A stretch of 64,000 nucleotides of DNA from Eledone cirrhosa. Its lineage: Eukaryota. The DNA lies in the NCBI GenBank assembly GCA_964016885.1, contig OZ024747.1, positions 75,826,001-75,890,000 of the forward strand, in the 5' to 3' direction. Under the pieces are notes generated by a model. The model searched no databases and was not told the origin of the DNA. It worked only from the letters and a program-made list of their open reading frames with translations. The position numbers were made by a program, and so were the translations under genes. Each line of letters begins with the position of its first letter. Position 1 is the first letter of the stretch. Positions 54,242 to 64,000 of the stretch are shown here, one piece after another.

Positions 54242-54443
54242 TAAGGGGCTCAGATGAAAGGTTCATAGGCCGACCAAGATACTCCCATGGAATTACCAAA
54301 TAAGGTTTATTTTTCAACATAGTTCCTAGAAAGAAACAATGCAGTTATAAATAACAACAGTCTAAATAACTGCCTGCAAGATTTCACAGCTTTAGCATCA
54401 CTCCTCCATAGTCCTCGTATGAACTTGTCAGCTGACCCTCGTA
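54242..54443. mobile_element. Mariner-type MITE
   Basis: Degenerate TIRs GGGGCTCAGATGAAAGGTTCATA / TATGAACTTGTCAGCTGACCCTCG, with TA flanks. Confidence 0.72.
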
Positions 54444-56348
54444 TATCTACAACTGAGAGATGATTTTGCAAATGTTTTTCAAATTGTTTCTCTGGCTCAT
54501 TCCTATTGTTTTGAACCCCAATACCTGAGCTAACTTTTCCTTCTTCCCAAGAGATTCAGCACTCTGTATGTCACTGTGCACCCTTATTTCCTCCCGTTAA
54601 AGTAGTATAGAACCTTACTAATCACACCATTAATGAAGGGGTAGCGATGGTCATATGCACAAAATTTACGGTAGACTAACCCTGCAAAGTTATGAGGTAA
54701 AATGCATATACTCTTATCTTGCTAGAAAAACCTAAGGGACTTCTACACGGAGTTTAAGTTTAACGTATGCTTTATTTACCTGTAACAATTATATATTTAA
54801 ATATTCTGAAATAGGACTACTGACTATTTTTATTCTGCCTCATTGCAATTTCAAAAGATTAAGTAATTTATAAGACATTCCCTGTAGTCATCGTTAGCAT
54901 TATTTGTTTGTAACTGTTTTCGAAAGGTTTACCAAAATTACATTGTCTAAATACATTTGGGAATACATCAGATGTAGAAGCTATTAGAGAAAGGAAATTC
55001 TGAAAAGAAAGCAGTTGTTACATTAGTCTGTGCTGCAGATAGTAGGAAGCTGCAGCATATGATTTCAACGATACTCACCATGATGTAAATTCAAATCTAA
55101 TGCATCATGCAATAAGGCTTCTATCGAAGAATCTATTATGATACACACACAGACACACACACAATCACACACAAAATACACATACATACACACACACAAA
55201 CATGCATATATATATATATGTATGTATATGTATATATATATAAATATAACAATGAAATAGAATCCACGAGGTTAGAAATTTGCCTCATAACAATCGCTGT
55301 TATGATTATTTTGATAGTAACTATTATGTAACAGTTAAGATCTCATCAGACTGCTATTGCATGGACAGAAAATTACACGAGTAAAAATAACATAAATGAC
55401 ATGAACAAAAATCCGGTGAGGTCCCGAAATATTGGACGGAAGAAAGGACAGCAACAACAAAAGGCAAAACAAAGATTACCAGCTAACTTACTTTTTCATT
55501 ACCTCATCTTACAGTCCATTTAGCACTGTTTAGTCTTCTATCTCTTTCCACGTTATGTAAGTATATATATATATATATAGTGTATGGGATTCAGTGAATT
55601 GTAGCACAGGCAGAGTGTATATATTCAGAAAAATTATATATTCAGAAAAATGATGAAATTCCGTTCACATTTAGTTAGTTTTTTAGTTAGTTTGTATATT
55701 GTCAGAAGCCATCGTCTCCAATAGCTCCTGTTGCAACCCAAAGCGAGTCCAGTGAGAATCCCCATTCCTACATATGCACCCTTCTCTGGCACCACATCTG
55801 AATAGTGGACTTTCTAGCCTCCATTACAATCTACAGAACCAGAGCAACTTTGTTCAGAGAACCAGAACAAGAGACAAATAGAAGCTGACTCCTGCAATTG
55901 GTTTGGTTGTAAATTTGTTTAATAAAGTTGGCCTCGTGACAAATAACATCACTACTAATTAATGGTGGGAAATATAAAGTAGCATTGTGAATACTTTGAA
56001 GAAATTAATTACGCAGCTTTATGTTTGAGATTGTCTCTAGTGTCAGTATTATATTTGTCTTTTCTTTTTACTGGTACTTAACGAAATTAGGAATGTTGGT
56101 GAGACCATCAACCTGCAAGGTACCATATCAAAACAACATTAACGACAACTAAACCGATCAGCAGAAAAACAACAATAAGTACAACAACAACAACTGCAGC
56201 AGCAACAACAACAACCACAGCAACAACAACATAACAACTAGAAAGCATAGAGCAAACAATTAAATAATAAAACAATAAGAATGAAACAATAAAAACTCCA
56301 ACTGCAACTATAGTGAGGGTTACTAATATAGTAACATTCATCACAAGA

Positions 56349-56530
56349 GTTTCTACTTTTGGCACAAGGCCAGCAATTATCCCAGTGTATTACTGGTACT
56401 TTATTTTATCGACCCCGTGAGGATGAAAGGCAAAGTTAACCTCGGTGGATTTGAACTCAGATCATAAAGGGCCGTGACTCTTTGCTGCAAAGCATGGCGT
56501 CCAACCCTCTACCGATACTGTCAATCCACA
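56349..56530 (-). mobile_element. SINE family A copy
   Basis: Reverse complement of the family A sequence. Confidence 0.88.
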
Positions 56531-56917
56531 ACAATTAAAAAATAATGCACACAAACACAACAATTAGTACAACAATCTTATTCCTGAATTAAGTAATGTT
56601 ATGTTGATGAAGTGGGCAAAAGAAAGCCACAATAACTTACGAACTAGATAGGTGAGAGTGGCAGCGAATGCGGCCTCTCGAATGTATTTAGAGAAAGATA
56701 TAAAGGTCTCCAAAGATTCTGGCGTAAGAGCAAGCAGTATCTACCTTTTCTGTGGTGCATATATACCCGTATTACAGATGGGTTTCATGGGTACACAAGG
56801 ACAGAGATCAGACTGGAAGCAAGAAAATCTCAGTTAATTAAATATGGATATGGTAGCTATCAACCAGCATGATCCTTATACAACTTCCCACTCAAGTTGC
56901 AACACAGTCACATACAA

Positions 56918-57019
<102 letters not shown>

Positions 57020-57157
57020 GAGTCGGAGCCCGACGGCTGAGCTCTTGCCATTTCAACAGCTCGTTACCAACTCTACTATCACGAGAACCAAGTAATCTGT
57101 TGATATATATGTGATCTGGTATAACTAATTTAAAACTTGTTTAATCTTTATATATAT

Positions 57158-57306
<149 letters not shown>

Positions 57307-57587
57307 TATATTAATATATATAGGGGAGGGGTGTGCTATGGCGAGTGCGTGTGTGTGTATGCTGATTGTCAGAAATGCAGGCAGATATCGGTTAAATAGA
57401 TTGCGGTAGTCTATTTAAAATATTATGACATAACTTGTGTCTACGCACACACCTGTGTTTATGGTATTGCCAGTGTGTGCGGGTGTGTTTGTGTGTTAGT
57501 GCTTTTAAATAAATCACTATCCAAACTGAACCTGAATCGATAAGATCTGCTTTCTTGGGCATGTCAACATTTATAAAACAAATTTTG

Positions 57588-57648
57588 TATTTTATCTGAT
57601 GAGTGCGTACCAACATTTTGATACCCTTGAAATATATATAATAAAATA
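57588..57648 (+). ncRNA. Minimal hammerhead motif in a pLTR fragment (57320-57692)
   Basis: Perfect 8-bp stem I UAUUUUAU/AUAAAAUA, CUGAUGA, GAAAUAUAUAUA. Confidence 0.72.
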
Positions 57649-57703
57649 AATATGGTTTTATAAATAGAGTTTCCATTTATTAATATCATTGATACACACA
57701 CAG

Positions 57704-58048
<345 letters not shown>

Positions 58049-58154
58049 TATATATATATATATATATAATATAATTATAATGTATATATACATATATACA
58101 ATGTATATATCTATATATATACAATGTATATATCTATATATATACAATGTATAT

Positions 58155-58203
<49 letters not shown>

Positions 58204-58272
58204 GTATATATATATATGTATAAATATATATATGTATATATATATATATATATATAATATATATATATATGA

Positions 58273-58390
58273 AGGCGTGTGGCTGAGTGGTTAGAGAATT
58301 GGATTCACAATCTTGAGGTTGTGAGTTCGAGTCCTGGACAAGTCGATGCGTTATGTCCTTGAGCAAGACATTTTATTTCACGTTGCTCCT
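58273..58390 (+). mobile_element. SINE family B copy
   Basis: A box TGGCTGAGTGG, B box GAGTTCGAGTCC, then GTCCTTGAGCAAGACA. Confidence 0.82.
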
Positions 58391-58711
58391 TCTACCTGGA
58401 GTCACGACCGATAGATAGTATTAGCAACTGGAAAGACCAATGGAAACATTGTTTCCTCGGTCCGATTTGACGAAAGTCGATCGAATAAAAAAAATATATA
58501 TATATATAAATGTGTGTGTGTGTATGTGTGTATGATTGTAGAATAGTCTGTGATTCTCCATCGATTCACGACCGTTCTCCTACAAATTAACATTCGCAGG
58601 AGACTTGTAAGTGTTTTGCTCTACACATGCTGATAAATCAATATGTTTTCTAGCTATATGCATATTTTACACTATCTATTCTCATCGATTGTCACTTAGT
58701 TTTCTTGCATG

Positions 58712-59255
58712 TACACACGCACACACGTACACACAATACCACACACACAGAAACACAAAGACACACACACGCACACACGTACACACAATATCACACACAC
58801 ACAGACACACAAAGACACGCACGCACACACGTACACACAATATCACACGCACACAGACACACAAAGACACACACACATGCACACACGTACACAAAATATC
58901 ACACACACAAACACACAAACACACACAGACACACACACATGCACACACATACATACAATATCACACACACACACATACACACAGAGACAGACACACACAC
59001 GCACACACAATATCACACACACACAGACACACAGACACACATACAATATCACACACACACAGACGCACAAAGACACACATACATGCACACACAATACCAC
59101 ACACACAGAAACACAAAGACACCCACACACGCACACACGTACGCACAATATCACAGACAGACACACAAAGACACGCACGCACACACGTACGCACAATATC
59201 ACAGGCACACAGGCACACAAAGACACACAAAGACATACACACAAATAGATACACA
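58712..59255. repeat. (CA)-rich higher-order degenerate tandem repeat (~45-bp unit)
   Basis: Recurrent CACACGTACACACAATATCACAC...CACAAAGA. Confidence 0.88.
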
Positions 59256-59632
59256 TTGATAAATGCCCATATTATTTACGGTTGCAGCAATACAGTTCTA
59301 TATATGGAGATGTGAGAAAGGTTTCTGTGTTGATGTTGTATTCAATCTTTTGAAAACCTCAGCCTTGTACCAAATTGTTCAGGTCTTCATGTCTACCTGT
59401 ATGACATGCACCTCTTACTACAAACCTGCACATTTTATAAACACACACACACACACGCATATGTATATATATATATATATATATATATTTGATTTGCAAA
59501 GCTGTCTAAACATAATGTTATAACTCTGGAGTAATATTCGCCATTGAGTGCTTAGATGCACACCGAAACTGCATTCGTTAGCTTGGCTGCTACCAAAAGC
59601 TTCGTTGATGCTGTACTAAAATTTGTATATAT

Positions 59633-59676
<44 letters not shown>

Positions 59677-59679
<3 letters not shown>

Positions 59680-60050
59680 ATAATAATAATAAATTTGAAG
59701 ACTAAAATCCAAAGAGGGCTCGATAAGGATAAATATATATCACATATATAAGAACCGTAGGGCAAATATTTATTAAAATAACAGATTAAAGTTTAAGCAA
59801 AGAATCGCTGCTTTCACACTTAACGGGATCTTCTGAAACTAACAAAGTCAATCTGTGAACGCAGAAGTAAATATTTCAAAAAACGTTGCAACCGGAGGAA
59901 GACAGGAAGTCGATACTTTGGTTCGTGGAAACGTTCCCTGGCAAAGAACGGGAAAAAACGAAGATAATACGTCATTAATAGGAGCGGTGAAAAACAATTA
60001 CACGCAAAGACAAAACCACGTTTATGGTATAAAAGAAGTCGTAGACTAAT
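59677..60050 (-). mobile_element. Solo Penelope pLTR fragment with CAGAAGA hammerhead-fold (59790-59840)
   Basis: Reverse complement of 6910-7280; (TA)n flanks. Confidence 0.87.
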
Positions 60051-60158
60051 ATACATATTCATATATATATATAATTAGGATGCGAAACCAGTTGAATAGA
60101 TCGGACACACGCACACACACACACACAGAGACACACATACACACACATTATATATATA

Positions 60159-60323
60159 CAGTGAAATTCCGTTATAACGCAATTTAAAAAAAATCGTTAT
60201 AACGAAAAATTCTTTATAACGAGATCAACCTAACACATCGACCGTGTAGTCGGGGATTGAAACATTTTTCGTTATACTGAAAAATTGGTTATAATGGTAT
60301 TCGTTATAACGGAATTTTACCTG
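60159..60323. mobile_element. pogo/Tigger-type MITE
   Basis: TIRs CAGTGAAATTCCGTTATAACG / CGTTATAACGGAATTTTACCTG; TA flanks; internal CGTTATAAC repeats. Confidence 0.85.
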
Positions 60324-60343
60324 TATATATATATATATATGTT

Positions 60344-60421
<78 letters not shown>

Positions 60422-60778
60422 AAACACACACACACACACACCTAACTGTGAATGTATTTAAATGCCTGTGCGTGTGTATATAGTTGACATGTGTCTTTGC
60501 ATGTGAATATATATTTATGAGCGTGTTGGTGAAAGTCACTAAATAAGTTATATTCTCAGTTATTCCACTGAAAAATATTGATGTATATCGATATGAGCAT
60601 CAAATATACTTACAATGATTTATATTTGCATATTTACATGTAACTAGGAAAACTTGGAAGAAAAACACAAACACACAAACACACACACACACACGTATAT
60701 ACATATATATATAAAGGTTAACACAAACAACAAAAGAAACGACACAGTATAATGAAGAAACATACATGTATACATACA

Positions 60779-60895
60779 TGCGCATGGCTAAGTGGTTAGA
60801 GCGTTGGTCTAGCAATTGGGAGGTTGTGAGTTCGATACTAGGATCGGGAGATTCATTGTTTCCATGAGCTTCACGTTTCTCCAGTTACTCAGCTG
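60779..60895 (+). mobile_element. SINE family B-like copy
   Basis: TGGCTAAGTGGTTAGAGCG..GAGTTCGATAC head. Confidence 0.7.
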
Positions 60896-61120
60896 GGAAA
60901 CATTGCTGGCGTAGAGACGGGAAACTACTATACATGGGTGGCTACGGGTTTCCACAAACAAATCAGTTCTTCCACGGAGGGATTCTTCTTGTGCAAAACC
61001 ATGGTCATTAGTAACCGATGGGGGACTTTAGAAATATATATATATATATATATATATATTGTTATACTTTGGGAGGGTCATGCTAAACAAATTCAGAAAC
61101 GATATATATATATATATATA

Positions 61121-61322
61121 TAACGAAGGAAATGTGGTAAGGAACCAGGTGGACCATAACGCACCAAAGTACTCAATACTTGAGGTAGTAGAGTGGGTAA
61201 TAGGAACCAGTAAGACCCCGACAGCTGAGCTCAAGCCGTTTCGACGGCTAATTCTGGACTCAGTCCAGAATTAGCCGTCGAAACGGCTTGAGCTCAGCTG
61301 TCGGGGTCTTACTGGTTCCTAT
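61121..61322. mobile_element. pLTR-like element with perfect palindrome (61200-61322, 1-bp spacer)
   Basis: Arms read outward GTC-GAAACGGCTTGAGCTCAGCTGTC-GGGGTC; (TA)n flanks. Confidence 0.88.
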
Positions 61323-61348
61323 ATATATATATATATATATATGTATAT

Positions 61349-61565
61349 TAACAGATTAAAGTTTAAGCAAAGAATCGCTGCTTTCACCCTTAACGGGATC
61401 TTCTGAAACTCAGAAGATCCCGTTAAGGATGAAAGCAGCAATTCTTTGCTTAAACTTTAATCTGTTATTTTAATAAATATTTGCTCTACGGTTCTTATAT
61501 ATTTGATATATATTTATCCTTATCGAGCCCTCTTCGGATTTTAGTCTTCACATTTATTATTATTG

Positions 61566-61567
<2 letters not shown>
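61349..61567. mobile_element. Inverted pair of Penelope pLTR ends joined at the hammerhead core
   Basis: Arms 61349-61406 and 61410-61467, meeting at TTCTGA-AAC-TCAGAA. Confidence 0.88.
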
Positions 61568-61606
<39 letters not shown>

Positions 61607-61614
61607 TATATATT

Positions 61615-64000
61615 TATTAAAATAACAGATTAAAGTTTAAGCAAGGAATCGCTGCTTTCACCCTTAACGGGATCTTCTGAAACTAACAAAGTCAATCTGT
61701 AAACGCAGAACTGGATATTTAAAAAAACGTTGCAACCGGAGGAAGACAGGAAGACGATACTTTGGTTCGTGGAAATGTTCGCTGGCAAACAACTGGAAAA
61801 AACGAATAATACGTCATTAATAGGAGCGGTGAAAAACAATTACGCGCAAAGACAGAACCACGTTTATGGTATAAAAGAGGTCGTAGACTAATGTTCTCTT
61901 AGGTGGTTCATAGAGACGTTCTCTGGCAATGAACGAAAAAAACGAAGATAATATGTCATATGTGGAGCGTGGAGAACAATAGCACGCAAAGACAAAACCA
62001 CGTAAATGGTATAGCAGAAGTCGTAGACTAAAATTCTAACTAGGAGACCAAATGAATCTCCGCTACAGAGTTACGAACAAGTAAATAAATACAATACAGA
62101 AGTAATAGAAATAAATAAATACATACACGCAAACAAATACGTACATACACAAGCATACGGAAAACCTTACCATAGGTATACAAAACCACGCACATATAAA
62201 TATGTGTGTGTGTGTATGCGTGTATACAAATAAATAAATAATTATATAAACGTATATAAATAAATAAATACGTATATAACAAGCGCACACACATACCCAC
62301 ATATAATAACCCCCGTGGAACCCAGCATTGCTACCTTTCGAAAATGATGTCTTGGAACACATTCGGAGCATCAAATTTCGGAATAGGAGCAATTCCTTCC
62401 AGCAAGACCTGAAGAATAGAATTCGTTCTATTAAGGATTCTAACGCCGTGCACGTCCATTCCGACAAAACTGGCAACCTATATCAAGTGGAGCGCAGTAC
62501 TTACCATCAACAACTACATAATGCTGTAACTAAGGATTACCGTAAAACTAATCGGTGCGTCATCAATGAAATCAACGATGCTGGGTTTAAAATCACATCT
62601 GATCTCAACATCCTGGACCGGACCGAACCTTTGGACCCTATTTCTCCCCACTTTACCCTGAAGGATCACAAATCCATTTTTTCCGAACAACCCCTCTATT
62701 CGGCTTATTAACCCTACGAAGTCCGATTTAGGTAGACTTAGTAAAACGATTCTTGATAGAATTATACCTGAACTTAGAAATTTGGCCCCTCTTGCACTGT
62801 GGAACAATTCTTTGATTGGTTGAAAGGCATATGTAACAAGGAAAATTGCCGTTTTATCCAATTCGACATCAACAATTACTACTCCTCCATCACTTTACCA
62901 CTATCAATTTCGCTAAAACACTCACAGTGGTTAAGGATTTCGAAGTCGATGTCATCCTCAATGCCCGAAAGTCGGTGATTAATTTCGACGACTCTATTTG
63001 GATTAAAAAATCCAATAGTACCCCATTCGACGTAAGTATGGGCGCCAGTGACTCTGCGGAGGTTACTGATCTTATTGGCCTTTTCCTTCTTTTCTCTATC
63101 AAGGACGAATTCCCCAACGTGGGCGGTGGTTTGTACCGTGACGATGGTCTTTTGACCATGACTAAGTGCGGACTTCGTGCTTGCGACAGGTTCAGAAAAG
63201 AACTCACAGCCTTCTTTAAAGGCTTCAACCTCTCTATACAAGTTGAGGCCAATCTCTCGGTCGTTATTTACCTCGACATTACCCTCAATTTATTGAATGG
63301 GTTGTATTACCCGTATAGAAAGCCGAATGATACGCTTAATTACATAAGTAAAAATTCCAACCATCCTGCCAGCATAACCAAGAACCTGGTAAGAAACGTT
63401 TCGTTGAGGCTTTCCCGTCTTTCCACCAACGAGCGTATTTTCAACGACCATTCCACTTATTACAATGAAGCTCTTGATCGAAGTGGATTTAACGATAAGG
63501 TAGCTTATACTGAGTACGAATATAGACCTAGAAGAAATAGATCCCGTCGCATTTGTTGGTATAACCCACCATATAATATGGAGGTGGCCACACCATTAGC
63601 TAAGATCTTTCTTTCCCTTATTACGAAGCATTTTCCCCCTACACATAAATATAGTAAAATTTTTAATAGAAATACTATTAAAATTTCTTACTTTACGACT
63701 CCTAACCTTGCACATAACATCACAGCTTCAAATTTAGCTAAACTGCCTAGCCGTAGTAACACGTGCAACCCTGTAGTTAGTACTAACTGTAATTGTAGGA
63801 ATCGGGCTGATTGCCCCATATCCGGGAAATGCCTCTCTAGTATCATTGTCTACAAATGTAAGGTTGTAACACCCACGTCCCGTAGGGCATACATAGGGTT
63901 AACCGCCAATAGTTTCAAGCAGCGACTTTACATGCATACCCATTCTTTTCGTTACCCTCTAATAAGGAATATGACGTCACTTTCAGCTTATATCTGGAGT
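61615..64000 (+). mobile_element. Penelope-like element with inverted 5' pLTR; runs off the window
   Basis: Inverted pLTR at ~61615-62305 (hammerhead-fold 61634-61684, minus strand), followed by coding sequence on +. Confidence 0.92.
62310..64000 (+). pseudogene. Penelope-like RT + GIY-YIG polyprotein, 5'-truncated with frameshifts (~62685, ~62812, ~62900)
   Basis: SDKTGNLY, TLKDHK, RLINPTKS, FIQFDINNYYSSI, FDVSMGASDSAEV, GLYRDDGL, YLDITL, SNHP, WYNPPY, CNCRNRADCPISGKC, IVYKC..YIGLTANSFKQR. Confidence 0.93.

Noticed and set aside
58273-58350. tRNA gene-like A/B boxes (also 18396, 60779 and SINE A heads)
   Set aside because: No complete cloverleaf or acceptor stem; each is followed by a shared SINE body.
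62815-62826. In-frame TGA in the Penelope RT as possible selenocysteine
   Set aside because: The downstream RT sequence (DWLK..FIQFD) is in a different frame, so a frameshifting deletion explains the stop.

Overview
AT-rich, microsatellite-saturated eukaryotic non-coding DNA; the repeat content resembles an octopus/cephalopod genome (inference). No host gene exon is recognisable, and almost all listed ORFs are translated simple repeats. The real content is mobile DNA: (i) an intact 1169-aa RT+RLE non-LTR retrotransposon (R4/Dong-like) inside a (TATG)n array, plus truncated relatives; (ii) CRE-like, L1-Tx1-like and RTE-like LINE fragments; (iii) two Penelope-like elements with RT and/or C-terminal GIY-YIG, one of them missed by the ORF track; (iv) two SINE families, several MITEs and a 36-bp minisatellite. 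The main pattern is at least eight distinct short element families embedded in (TA)n, most carrying a type I hammerhead ribozyme motif. They are usually inserted as head-to-head inverted pairs whose junction falls in or next to the ribozyme. The best case is a non-coding 595-bp unit present as greater-than-unit-length, circularly permuted copies with a U3-A8 covariant hammerhead, a retrozyme / circular-RNA candidate. All ribozyme calls come from manual motif and base-pair inspection and are untested.
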